Shown in pieces: positions 1 to 13,409 of a stretch of DNA of 64,000 nt (positions within the stretch are counted from its first letter, which is position 1; every line of letters starts with the position of its first letter). The notes beneath the pieces were generated by a model, which was not told where the DNA came from, did no database searches, and saw only the letters and a program-made list of their open reading frames with translations. The stretch comes from Fistulifera solaris. Its lineage: Eukaryota. The DNA is taken from the NCBI GenBank assembly GCA_030295235.1, contig AP026137.1:310001-374000 (forward strand), given 5' to 3'. The position numbers and the translations under genes are program-made.

Positions 1-373
1 TTTGACGTTCGATGATGCCATTTCCGCCATTTCCGCGCATACCCTCGAAGCCATGGTCGATCATCCGTGGCAACAACAGCCGTTGGTGCGCGTACGGAGT
101 TCGGGCAATGATAGTAAATTCTCCAAGGGAAACAACAGTCGTCAAAGTAAAACGACACACACCACCGCGTCGACGGGTTCCAGCTTTGAGGTATGGCAGG
201 CCCACGAACAGAAATTTTGGGATGATATGGTCCATCAAGATCGGCATCCTCATGATACTACAGTCTTGGACGATAGTTCTTTTGGAAGACCCATCATTGT
301 CCGAGAAGATATCAGTTATCTTCTCCCGGGGACCGAAGAAGATTACCTTCACGCCGATATGGGTGAAATCTAA
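1..373 (+). CDS. 3' end of an unknown protein (truncated by window edge)
   Basis: Open frame from the window start to TAA at 371-373; no recognisable motif. Confidence 0.5.
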   Translation, partial: LTFDDAISAISAHTLEAMVDHPWQQQPLVRVRSSGNDSKFSKGNNSRQSKTTHTTASTGSSFEVWQAHEQKFWDDMVHQDRHPHDTTVLDDSSFGRPIIVREDISYLLPGTEEDYLHADMGEI

Positions 374-689
374 GTACGAGAGCGTATCTGGTTTCCACAA
401 AATGCAGCAGTAACTGTGATTAAGCTTACCAAACGTCTTGTATTCATTGCTTTTCGTAGAGCTAACAGTCCTGCAATGGAATCGTTTGGCGAGAAGGAAC
501 CTCACAATACATAGGCACTACACCAAAATACCGAAATCATGCGTTGCAAGAAAGATATATACGTTATTCACGATGATTACTATTAGAATGGTGCTTGTCT
601 TTTTTAGGACAAAACGCTGGACTGATGAACCGATGATACAATGACTACTTTGGACAAGGGACACTTCGAAACCTATCACTTGAAGTGTG

Positions 690-2045
690 TCATAGATGAG
701 AGCTGCGGTGCGTGTGGATCCCCTGCACAATCTCTTCCACCGAACGTCCGCGGAAGGCGATATCATGAATGGTACTCATGAGGGGAAACTGCTGCAATAG
801 ACTGCGCGATTCGAGCAGCGCATAGACTTCTTTCGCGGTCGGTGTTCCTTGCAGTTTCTGACCATTCAACAGGTTGCGTTCAATCATCTCCCACGACCTT
901 TCACATTCGCTGCAAGAAGACGACCTGATAATATCATCATTACCATCTTTAGGACTGGCGGCTGGGGAGGCCTGCAAACGCTCTTTGCAAAAGCTTCCGC
1001 GCATTTTCGATTGCGCCCACCGTAGCACGTCGTAATCAAATCAGCCATGCCACAACTTTCGGTAAAGGTCCGATCTTGTACGCCATCAAAGAACATGTGA
1101 CAAAATTGTGCCATTTCCCGCAGACCGACCCGCAACAAGGCCGCCTTGGTATTACTCCCCAATCCGACCCCATCGACAAAGCCGGCCCCCAAGGCAATGA
1201 CATTTTTGAGTGCGCCACACACTTCGGCGCCCGCCACATCGGGAACATGGTTCACGCGGAAGGTGGGCGTATCAAACACCAAACGCGTCAATTCATCGGC
1301 CGGTGGACCAAAGTCGGACGCCAAGGTGGATTCACACATTTGTCCCAACGCCACTTCGTTGGCCACGTTGGCCCCCATGAGGACGCCGCACGAGAAATGG
1401 GGACCCATGGCGTCCGCAATCGACTGGGAAATGAGGACGGGTAATTTGGTTTGGGCATCAAAGTCTATATATAATGAAGATATATAATAAAGAAGGATGA
1501 GCATTCGAATGTAGTTGTGACTCTAATAACACAACACACACTCGAAAAACGTACCAAGACCTTTGATGAGACTGACGCCCCGACAATTGGGATGCGCCGC
1601 TTGCCGAATCGTCGGAAGCAATCGCGGCAAAAACTGATGTGGCAACACAAAGATCAAAAGAGTCGCACCCTGACAGGCGTCTTCCAAGGAGGGCACGGCG
1701 ACGACGTTGGTCGGCAAATGAATGCCGGGCAAGTATTTGATGTTTTCGTGATGTGTGTTGATATAATCGGTGAGTTTGACTTTGTTACCGAGCTGGTCTT
1801 CGATGATTTCTTCAAAGACCCACATGTTGACATCGTCTTCATAAAACGCAAGACGTTGACAGTTTCTTCCGACAATGTTGGCAATGGCGGATCCCCAATT
1901 GCCACTTCCAATGATGCAGACCTATTCGAGAAAGTAGGAGCAAACGCAGCATTGAGTGATTGTAAGACGAGAAAGACTTAACAATGACAACCGTACGTAC
2001 CTTTTCGAGCTGTTCGCTGCTCGTTTGTGGATTGCTATCCATCAT
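690..2045 (-). CDS. GPD1: NAD-dependent glycerol-3-phosphate dehydrogenase
   Basis: Motifs [56 protein letters not shown] introns at 1922-2000 and about 1465-1554; homopolymer frameshift near 987. Confidence 0.95.
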
Positions 2046-2844
2046 ATGAGGAGTAATAGTCATTCTTTCTGATGGGTGCTGTTGCAGTTCGCGGGGCAGA
2101 TTGTTTTTTGGAGCTTCGTCGCAGGAATGATTTTGATGATGACCACCGGTGATGTTCAGCAGCAACGGTAATGAAGGAGGATAGTCGACCAGCAGCAAGG
2201 ATGCAATCCACCCAAAAGTCTTTAACAAATAATGAATGAAGAGGTGAGAAAGAAGAAGTGCACCCCGAAACGCAAGAGAATAAGAGGAAAAAAGAGAGTT
2301 CTTTTCGTTTCAAAAAAGAGTGACTACTCGTTCGTTCATAGTACAAAAGGGCAGCCAATCGGTTTTCAGTTCACGCACCGCGCCACGACGAACTATCGAG
2401 GCGACTGTACCCGAATCTCTAGTACTTCGTTCTACGCATGTAATGACGTAAGTCCTCCGACGACCGACGTACAAACGAAGTTCCGAGAAGCGAAATTCTG
2501 ATCCTGATCCTTATCCGATGAACATACTTATTGCACTTGATTCTTTGAAAACGTACCAACATGCACCTCAATGAAAGAACTGGTATTGAATACAAACTCA
2601 ATTTTGATTTGAATTAGGCAAGAAGATGAGAGCCAGAATGTTTGTGAGCGTTTCGTAGATAATTGGATGGATAAAATTTATTTCATTTTTTGTGCGTCCT
2701 GCTGACTCCCGTCTGTCTGTAGTACGACGCGAAATTTCGTGTTTATAACGCAAAACGCAATCAAACAGCGAGCGCAGTGCAAAAAAGCAAAGCAACACTT
2801 TGCTTCTATCATTGTCCTTTTCTACATTTCTTTTTTTTTCTTAA

Positions 2845-3030
2845 ATGCCCGTCCAATCGGCCTTTACTCTATTAATTATCGGCGGTGCCTTCTCGGCGAC
2901 GGGCGGTTTGCTCATGGCCCTCAATTGGCTGGAAACGGGGGCACGCAAACGACCCGTGGCGCAATCCCATTGGAGTTATCATTTGCAACAGCGGGATTTG
3001 GCCCTCAAACAAATGAAAGTGAAAGAATAA
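2845..3030 (+). CDS. NDUFA1: Complex I subunit NDUFA1/MWFE-like small protein (61 aa)
   Basis: MPV start, one N-terminal hydrophobic helix, then a G-x-R-K-R...W...RD pattern like fungal NDUFA1/NIMM. Confidence 0.65.
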   Translation: MPVQSAFTLLIIGGAFSATGGLLMALNWLETGARKRPVAQSHWSYHLQQRDLALKQMKVKE

Positions 3031-3606
3031 TAGAGTGTGTGTGGCACGAAAGTCGATAGTCGGACACAATATCAAATAATACAAACAATATCCTTAGCCA
3101 AAAATAAAAATGATTTCAATATTTGAACACCCTAAAAGTGATTTAAATCAGCATTACGGACATTATCATTTGATTGTCCGCGATCTCTTCATCCATCCAC
3201 GGAAGGGGATAATCTAGTTCATTCGTCTAAATTAGTTACGACCTATTCCATCATGATCTTGTAACCGCAACCGAAATTTCTCCAGTCGATAGAGCCAAAA
3301 ACGAAAGTCCGTGGAAGAGTAAAATTGTTGTTGTTGTTGTTCTAGCTTTAAACGGAATTATCGCAAACGTTGCCTAGACTATATCTTTCGAGAAATATAA
3401 GCGGATAAAAAATCAACTGTGGACTGCGCTATTCACGATCAATGCGTCATGTTGCAACACCATCGCGATCGATCGAGAAAACGCAGACGCGACGATGACA
3501 CTTATGAAAAATTGAAGTGCCGTGGTCGTCGGCGAGTGTGAGCAGGCTCTTATTCTTTCTTTCGACAGCATTCTCTCTCTCTTTAAAAAGAAAGACACTC
3601 TTAACC

Positions 3607-4773
3607 ATGTGGAAGCATTTCAATTTGTGCCATTTTCCAAGAAGATGTCTGTTCTACTTGATCTTTGGTTTCTCGTGGGCCATGGCCTTGGCGACACCGC
3701 AACGCACCGTCTTGGTCACTGGCGGAGCCGGATACATTGGTTCTCATACGTGTTTGGAGTTGTTACAAGACAAGGATGCCCAATATCGCGTCGTCGTGGT
3801 GGATAATTTGGAAAATTCCTCGAAAGAATCCTTGCGACGCGTCCAAGAACTCGTCCAAACCGATCCAGAGCGGTTGGTGTTTCGACAGTGCGACATTCGC
3901 GATAAGGCGTGTTTGACTTCTGTGTTCGAAGAATTTCCCCAAATCTCGTCGTGCATTCATTTTGCCGGCCTCAAGGCGGTGGGAGAATCGGTCGCCAAGC
4001 CGTTGGCGTATTACGATTCCAATATTGGTGGCACCGTGAACTTGTTGGAACTGTTGCAAGAACGTCAGGTCCGGAAATTTGTCTTTTCCTCATCGGCCAC
4101 CGTCTACGGAGAACCCGAAATGTTACCCTTGGTCGAAACGGCCCGCTTGCAGGCCACGAATCCGTACGGCCGCACGAAATTGTTCATTGAAGAAATTTTG
4201 CGCGATGTGCACGCGGCCGATCCGGACTGGCAAATCTTGATTTTGCGGTACTTCAATCCCATTGGGGCCCATCCCTCGGGACGCATCGGAGAAGATCCCC
4301 AGGGCATCCCCAACAATCTCATGCCGTACATTGCCCAAGTCTGTGTCGGTCGTCGGGAAAAATTGACCGTCTTTGGGAATGATTATGACACACCGGATGG
4401 GACCGGTGTGCGGGATTACATTCATGTTGTCGATTTGGCGAAAGGTCACGTGGCGGCGTTGGATAAATTGTATCGTGAACCGGTGGGTTGTAAGGCGGTG
4501 AATTTGGGAACGGGTCACGGTGTTTCCGTCTTGCAATTGGTCCAAGGCATGGCGGAAGCCACCGGGAAGCCCGTCCCCTATGACGTTGGACCCCGTCGTC
4601 CAGGAGATGTGGCGACCGTTTATGCGGATGCGAGTGTCGCCGAGACGTTTTTGGGATGGAAAGCCGAACTGGGCGTGAAGGAAATGTGTCAAGATACGTG
4701 GCGATGGCAATCGACGAATCCGAATGGATATCAAGTGCAGGAGGAAACTGTCATGATCAGTGATGAACTTTAA
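3607..4773 (+). CDS. GALE: UDP-glucose 4-epimerase
   Basis: [45 protein letters not shown]; hydrophobic N-terminal extension. Confidence 0.97.
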   Translation: MWKHFNLCHFPRRCLFYLIFGFSWAMALATPQRTVLVTGGAGYIGSHTCLELLQDKDAQYRVVVVDNLENSSKESLRRVQELVQTDPERLVFRQCDIRDKACLTSVFEEFPQISSCIHFAGLKAVGESVAKPLAYYDSNIGGTVNLLELLQERQVRKFVFSSSATVYGEPEMLPLVETARLQATNPYGRTKLFIEEILRDVHAADPDWQILILRYFNPIGAHPSGRIGEDPQGIPNNLMPYIAQVCVGRREKLTVFGNDYDTPDGTGVRDYIHVVDLAKGHVAALDKLYREPVGCKAVNLGTGHGVSVLQLVQGMAEATGKPVPYDVGPRRPGDVATVYADASVAETFLGWKAELGVKEMCQDTWRWQSTNPNGYQVQEETVMISDEL

Positions 4774-5053
4774 AATCAAGAGAATAGTTATTGCACGTTA
4801 GATTGGTCTGTAAAGCATGTTTGGAGTTCTAGTACCAGTAGCTTAGTCGTGAGAAGTTCGGTCACGTGTGTTTATGAAATGCCATTTACACGTAATACGG
4901 ACAGACCGACTGCGTTGATTTCCACTAAACGAACGAAAACGTTTCGAAGAAAATAAGCATTTCGTTGTTCTTATTGTTCCAGTTATTATCCTTGGGTGCC
5001 TATTATACAACGCCTCTTTGCTTCTCTTCGGCTGTGTCGCAAAAGAAAAGAAA

Positions 5054-5896
5054 ATGAGATACGGCAGATCCAAAGCGGCTCGCAAAACCTTGCAATTCTT
5101 TGAACGCACCCAAGGCATTCGAGCACCTTATCACATTCTGTTGGATGGGACCTTTTTAGTTGCTCTCGTCAAATACAATTTACCGTTGCAGGAACGTTTG
5201 GATCGATTGCTACAACATGCTTCTTATCAATTGCATGTGACACAGTCGTCGTTGGACGAATTGGAGCGATTGGCGAACCAAGTTCCCGACAAGAAAGTTT
5301 TGTTGGAAGAAGCCCAACAATGGGCACACAAGAATTGTGCCAGCATTCTTCCCAAGCATGAGACTATTAGTAATGATAGAGCTTCGAATGAAAATTCCTT
5401 GGAAAAGCTGGGTATAGCTGCCCAAGACATTTGGAATTGGACGGCAGCAGGCGTAAGTGCGTCGAAACAGACGACGACCAGCCATTACCACGCGACACAA
5501 CAAGATCGACCAAAGTATTTCGTCGCATCCCACGATGAAGATTTACTGGATGCACTGCGGACTATGGGTGGTGTCCCGATTATTCGCCTGGCTCGTGGAT
5601 CCGTATTGTTATTGGAGCAACCTTCTAAAGCGGCGACGGTCCAAGCCCGTGCGACAGAACAATCCAAATGGAAAGGATCGGTATCGGAATCCGAACAGCG
5701 CTTGGTACAAGTTGTCGTGCAGCACGAACGCCAAGAACGACAACAACAACAGGGTCATCCGACGGTCCGACGCAAACGCAAAGCCAAAGAACCGAATCCG
5801 TTGAGTTGTAAGAAGAAAGGAACGACAACGGAAGGGCCCAAGAAAAAGCGACGACGAAAAAGTAGCCAAACGGGCAATGATGACGCAGCGGCTTAA
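5054..5896 (+). CDS. UTP23: rRNA-processing protein UTP23 (Fcf1/PIN family)
   Basis: PYHILLDGTF, YFVASHD, basic tail KRKAKEPNPLSCKKK. Confidence 0.9.
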   Translation: MRYGRSKAARKTLQFFERTQGIRAPYHILLDGTFLVALVKYNLPLQERLDRLLQHASYQLHVTQSSLDELERLANQVPDKKVLLEEAQQWAHKNCASILPKHETISNDRASNENSLEKLGIAAQDIWNWTAAGVSASKQTTTSHYHATQQDRPKYFVASHDEDLLDALRTMGGVPIIRLARGSVLLLEQPSKAATVQARATEQSKWKGSVSESEQRLVQVVVQHERQERQQQQGHPTVRRKRKAKEPNPLSCKKKGTTTEGPKKKRRRKSSQTGNDDAAA

Positions 5897-5955
5897 TAGA
5901 TATTGCTTGTTATTGCTTTCTTACTATTCGCTGTTGGACTACATTCGTTCGTTCC

Positions 5956-7429
5956 TTACGGAGACACCGCTTTCGGTGGCTGTGAAGGATTACTCGTCGA
6001 CTGGAACTTGCTCTGGTAGGCGACACTGGCCTGGAACCAAGCATTCGGATGGTTCCCTACATTGTCCATGGGCACATCGGACGAAAAGGCGTTCGGGTGG
6101 GTCACCTCAAAGTGTTTCAAACAAGCCAACTGGTATTGTTGCATTTTCTTCTGCTGCAAGATTTCACGTCGGTCTTTCTCGTCACCAATGTTCAATTTCT
6201 GCAACAATCGATGCAAATTCTGCTCGTCGTAGTGTTTGAACGGACATCCGTGGTGTTCGTTCGCCGAACTGGGCGCCACCAAACCACCAATAATTTTGGA
6301 GCAACCGTATCCCAACTGTCCCTCCTTGCGACCATCTTTCGTGCCGCCCTCTTTTCCGTACATGTGACGAATGTTGTACGCGTATTCCTTTTGAAATTTT
6401 TCGTTCGTGACTTTTTTGAAAATGGCGTTGGAAAAAACAGGAGGGCATCTTCGAGGGACAGTTGCGCCCCGCGCAAAAAGAATCCGTACTGCAATCGCGC
6501 TTGATATTTGAGATGATGATCGGCTTTGAGACCGGCATGAATTTGACGCATGCACAATGGCATGCTGGACGTGAATTGCTCCACATTGTCGGCCGTCAAG
6601 ACTTGTCCTTCCGGCAAATGCATTTGTTGTTCCCGGGGTTGCACGAGCGCCCGGTGCATGTTTTTGAGCAACGGAAAGATCCGTGAGGCTTCCGCATCTT
6701 GGGCCGCTTGGAAGGATCCCGCATTGGCCAGTAACGCCAAGAAGCGAGCCAGATCGGTCCGAAATTTGGCTTCCAAAATGGTGAGTACCTTGGATTGCGG
6801 AACGTAGGCCGATCCGGCCCGCAAGAAACATTGTCGCGTCGCCAACAAGGACAATGCCTGCGTAAAGGGGACCGCATAGAATTGTGCCGTTTGGAATTCG
6901 ACGGGTGTCGTGAATTGGAGCAACGCATCGCGATACTTTTTCTTTTTCGGCCGCCGCAATGGGTTGCAGTTGCGCGTATTTTCGCACGGCGTGCGCCAAC
7001 TGTTGTTCCGTCAAGGCCTGGAGACGATGACGAAAGAGTGCCGCTTCTTGTTGGAGAAACCAACGACGCAATTCTTCCGTTTGACAGTAGGAAAGACGTA
7101 AAATGAAATGCGAAGCTTCATCCATGTCGTGATCGGTCAAATCTTCTTGCTTGATGATTTGATCCAATTTTTGTCGAATAATGTCGGGTGTCACTTTCAT
7201 CATTTTAATTTGTTCGATTTTGCGGAGGACCTTGTCGAGGAGTGTGTGAGATGAATGCAGTTTCCGAGAGTCTCTCGAAAAGAGGACTTACTTTGAGGCG
7301 CTTCAAGGCGTACACTTCAAATTGATCGAGCGAAAGTTCATAATTGGGTGTCGTATCGTACCAATTGAGAGAAGGCAAATTACTTTCCGCATTCTTGTTG
7401 CTTTTCGGAATCAACCCAATCACGTTCAT
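5956..7429 (-). CDS. PRIM2: DNA primase large subunit
   Basis: SHFILRLSYC, MPLCMR, HLKYQARLQYGFFL, YNIRHMYGKEG, HHGCPF, HPNAWF (Fe-S domain). Intron 7231-7291; frameshifts near 6945 and 6435. Confidence 0.95.
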
Positions 7430-7808
7430 GGTTCACAGTGAAAGAAGGAATTGAAGAACGACAGGCCGTCTTGTCCAGAGGGTGATATTTTTATTTTGTT
7501 CGAAACTTTTTTTGGCAATGCGATGCGTTTTTCACCGTGTGGAGGGAAAAAAGAGAGCCGCGCTCGTTCGCGTATCTAAATTCTTCGAATTCTGTCTGGC
7601 CGGCGTGGAGGACGGCTTGCGCGCGTGGTGTCGGTCCGCACTTGCGTTGTCTCCAGTAAGGTTAGAATTATTGAAGAGGTTTCTTGAATACGTCCGTCCG
7701 CCACCCCCATCGCTGTTACCTCTTTACTAAAATCAACACCTTTTGCAAACAAAATAACGCAACGCGATCAGAGCATCGTTGTCGCTCCTCTGATTATTCG
7801 AATACACC

Positions 7809-8735
7809 ATGGGTAAATACGTCCAGGTATGTTGTCTGCAATGCAAATGTAGCAAGAAAGAGAATTGTTGGTGGGACGTAGGAACGCAGGAACCGCACCC
7901 GCGTCACTTTTTCTTTGTATTTATATTAGTTTGTTGCAACAACCAAAAGCACTAATCCATCCATCTTTCTCCCTTTCAGGCCCAACGTAAGGGTAAGTCG
8001 CCCATCTTCAAGGCGCACACGCGCACTAGAAAAGGAGCCGTCAAACTCCGACAATTTGATTACGCCGAAAAGCACGGATACATTCGCGGTGTGGTCAAGG
8101 AAATTCTACACGATCCCGGTCGTGGTGCCCCCGTGGCCAAGGTCCAATTCCGTGATGCCTATCGCTACCAACGCAACACAGAACTATTCATCTGCACGGA
8201 GGGTATGTACACGGGACAGTTCATTTACTGCGGAAAGAAGGCGACGCTCAGTGTCGGAAATGTCCTGCCCTTGAGTCAAGTTCCGGAGGGAACCATTGTG
8301 TGCAACGTTGAAACATTGGCCGGTGACCGCGGTTCGTTTGCTCGTGCCAGTGGATGCTTTGCCGTTGTCGTCACGCACGATGATGAAAAGGGTACCACCA
8401 AATTGCGTCTGCCCAGTGGTGGAAAGAAGACCGTCCCCAGCACGGTCCGGGCCCAAATTGGTATCGTGGCCGGAGGAGGTCGTACCGACAAGCCCTTGCT
8501 CAAAGCCGGTGCCGCCTACCACAAGTATGCCGTCAAACGCAACTGCTGGCCCAAGATTCGTGGTGTGGCCAAGAACCCCGTAGAGCACCCGTTCGGTGGT
8601 GGTAACCACCAGCACATTGGTCGACCTTCGACGGTGGGACGAGAACGTCCGGCCGGTCGCAAGGTGGGTTTGATTGCGGCCCGTCGAACCGGACGTCTTC
8701 GAGGAGTCAAGAAGACAGCACAAGATAAGGATTAA
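7809..8735 (+). CDS. RPL8: 60S ribosomal protein L8 (uL2)
   Basis: MGKYVQ|AQRKG after intron 7827-7979; [26 protein letters not shown]. Confidence 0.98.
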
Positions 8736-8953
8736 TACTGATTTATTTCACTACCGTATGATTCGCACTTTTAGAAAAACCAAAGGCAGGGATTCTATGC
8801 TACATTCTCAGTTGATCGACCAGAACATTTTGAAAGTTAGGCGCATTAGCAAGTTGCATAGCAAACGTAGAACACTAGATTATTCGTGGTTTTGAAGTCA
8901 CAAAATGGATGTGGCAGTTCATTTCTTGCATTTCACAACATATGTTCGCTCAG

Positions 8954-9958
8954 CTATCCTTCGTCGTGATGATATCCCAAATATTGCTCATCAATGGCAC
9001 GAAGAAAGTCCCTAAAACCGAGATTGATAGCTTGACCAGACGCTCGTTGATCGGCTTCTCGAACATGTTCGAAATTGTACAGCATGGACACCGTGAAAAG
9101 ATGATTTTCCGCACTCCACAACAAGAATGGCGTCGCGTACGCATCATGCTTCCGGTAATGCGACATCACGTCTTGATCCATCAAGACATCGATCGAAATG
9201 GAATGGTTGAGACTCGGAGGCTCAGGATATTTCAACTGAATTCCCTGGGACGAGTAGTGCAGTCGTAACTCGGGTGACGATCCACCGGGAGAATAAATCA
9301 AACTGATCAGTGTGACGTGAAGATCGGAGCGGACTAGGTCTTTGGTCAAATTCGTTACATTCCGTGCGTCCAGATGAAACCGGACGTCGGATTCAACCAC
9401 AAAGTTATCGTAAAAATCAACGAATCGATCGTCCAACGCATCGGCTGCCGGCTCACCGGGAGCGATCAGCTCACGGATAGGACTGGTCAAATCGGATAAA
9501 GGATTGTAATCCTGCAAGAAACCTTCCCATAGCAAATTTTCTTGACAGGTGAATTGTGCAAAGAACATGTAGTTTTTTCCATTGCGGAGTCCATTGGCGA
9601 TTCGTGGAACTCGGGCGTGTAGATTCACGTACGGGCAGTCGGGATCTCGACACAAAACGTACTCGGATTGGTGCCGTAATGCTTGTCGTGTCATTTCCCA
9701 GGCAAAGTCACTGCATCGTTGAAACCAAGTGACTCTTTCACGGCAGTTAAAAAGAGATAGAAAGGCACTGTTGGATGCATATTGTTGTGACAGAGTCAAA
9801 CCTTCATCTCTTGCCATGAATTCTTTGAGTACGACATTTCTCTCGGGATCATGAAATTTGCGACAAACACGTCGTAAGCGACAAAGGTCAGCGACAGTAA
9901 GATACTTTAGAATATGATTCGAGAACAAGTCGTCGGGCGTATCAAGCAACGGCGTCAT
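8954..9958 (-). CDS. F-box-like protein, family member 1 (intact, 334 aa)
   Basis: N-terminal LLDTPDDLFSNHILKYLTVADLCRLRRVCRKF F-box pattern; paralogous to four genes at 26-32 kb. Confidence 0.8.
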   Translation of the reverse strand: MTPLLDTPDDLFSNHILKYLTVADLCRLRRVCRKFHDPERNVVLKEFMARDEGLTLSQQYASNSAFLSLFNCRERVTWFQRCSDFAWEMTRQALRHQSEYVLCRDPDCPYVNLHARVPRIANGLRNGKNYMFFAQFTCQENLLWEGFLQDYNPLSDLTSPIRELIAPGEPAADALDDRFVDFYDNFVVESDVRFHLDARNVTNLTKDLVRSDLHVTLISLIYSPGGSSPELRLHYSSQGIQLKYPEPPSLNHSISIDVLMDQDVMSHYRKHDAYATPFLLWSAENHLFTVSMLYNFEHVREADQRASGQAINLGFRDFLRAIDEQYLGYHHDEG

Positions 9959-10046
9959 TATTTCGCTAGAGAGAGCGGTAATTTGTTCACGTTTTCGAAC
10001 AGAAGGTTCTTGCTGTTTGCGCTCCGCTGCTGTTCTAGCGATCGAC

Positions 10047-10267
10047 TTTGTGAGTTTGTGATTGCAATGATTTGTTTATAGTGTATGAGAGGTAATCATT
10101 CTCATAATCACATCGATCACCTAGAAAGAAAAGATCCTTTTGCCTTTCCACGACCCAGTCTCACGAAAGAAGGATGAGTGCGGCCGGCGGCCTCTACTAT
10201 ACTGGTACCAAGTACCAGGTACTGTACCAGGCAGCAGGTACACAATTAACGCTCACAAACTCACAAA
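10047..10267. repeat. 15-bp perfect inverted repeat bounding a 221-bp segment
   Basis: TTTGTGAGTTTGTGA at 10047-10061 and TCACAAACTCACAAA at 10253-10267. Confidence 0.5.
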
Positions 10268-10779
10268 TGTTACAACTTGTCGCATCGCGTGTCATGCTTT
10301 GTTTGTTTCTGTTTCGCGTTTCGCTACAAGAACATAACTACAACTTGGTTTTATTCCTTCTTAGTCCAAAATCGATCGTCTGCGTAGGTTCAGCAATGTC
10401 AGCAAACTGCTTTGGATATATTCAGCCAACGACCGAAAATACAATGAAAAGCTGCGCTATTACTTGCTATACAACGAAATTGCAAAGTGCGATCGCAGCA
10501 AAGTGCGCTTTGATAGATCTGGAACTTGTCTCGTTTTCTTGAGTAAATATCGATGACCAACTTGACTTATTTTGAAAAGGATTATTCATTGATTGTCGAT
10601 ACCATGTAGAGGACCAGAAGCCATCATTGGTCATCTTGGAGAGTCATACCAGCCGTATGCATGCGCTGTCTTTTCTTGCCCGCAACGAACATATTGAACT
10701 CTGGTGTGCCTTTCTAGTCCTCTTGACGGTGGTCAGCCAAGATATTGAATTGATTGTCCACTCTGCCGTCACTCCATTT

Positions 10780-11181
10780 TCAGAACCGAACTGCCTCACA
10801 TTCTTCTTCTTCCAGTACCATGTTTGGTATTTCGTTTTGTACGACAAACTCTCGACCCGTCACCGGACAGGTTAACATTCCTTGTACCAGATGAACATTC
10901 ATCAACACATGATACAAGGCCACGAGAAAGACGCGGTTCTCGGCCAGATCCTCCGTCAATGCCGGAGGCAGTGTCGGAATACCCATGGCTTGACTCGCCG
11001 CCACGAGAGCCGGCCAATCGAGGTTGGGTAAGATGCCCTGGATAAAACTAATCTTGGTATCGTCGTCGATGCCGTCCTGCTCGTCAACGCGAATTTGGGC
11101 GACGGTCACTTTTAACGGAAATCCTTTGCCTTTGGCTGCGGCGGAGTTGTTTTTCAAAGAATTGTGTGTCAATAATCGCAT
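10780..11181 (-). CDS. TRM112: Trm112 methyltransferase activator
   Basis: MRLLTHN start, GFPL, LDWPAL, LYHVLM...GMLTCPVTGREF...IPNM. Confidence 0.93.
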   Translation of the reverse strand: MRLLTHNSLKNNSAAAKGKGFPLKVTVAQIRVDEQDGIDDDTKISFIQGILPNLDWPALVAASQAMGIPTLPPALTEDLAENRVFLVALYHVLMNVHLVQGMLTCPVTGREFVVQNEIPNMVLEEEECEAVRF

Positions 11182-11521
11182 TCTGCTGTCTTCTTTGAAT
11201 AAAACTATATGTGAACAGCAAAAGATGTTCAGGAATGATCGAAGGAAAGGAAACGAAATGCCCTAACGTCGGATTTCCAAGAAAAATCGGTTGGCGCGGA
11301 ACGACCCGCGAGCGTCTGTCCGTCAGACGTTACCACGGTTACCACCATCGAAACGGAAAATGCAAAGTGATGCGACGACGATGATGTGTTTTTCTTTTTC
11401 ATTTTTATTTTATAGAAATGCGTTGTTCGAATTCTGATAGTCAATTGTAAGCTAACAAACGCTATAAGATTACTGCATAATAGAAAGAAGACGTCCTACG
11501 AAAGTGTTGATTGTGTTTTGA

Positions 11522-13381
<1,860 letters not shown>

Positions 13382-13409
13382 GAAAAGAAATTTTTGACCA
13401 GAATATCTA

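Noticed and set aside
3300..3430. GAAAGTCC resembling the RNase P/MRP CR-I motif or a hammerhead core
   Set aside because: No convincing CR-V partner and no CTGANGA motif nearby
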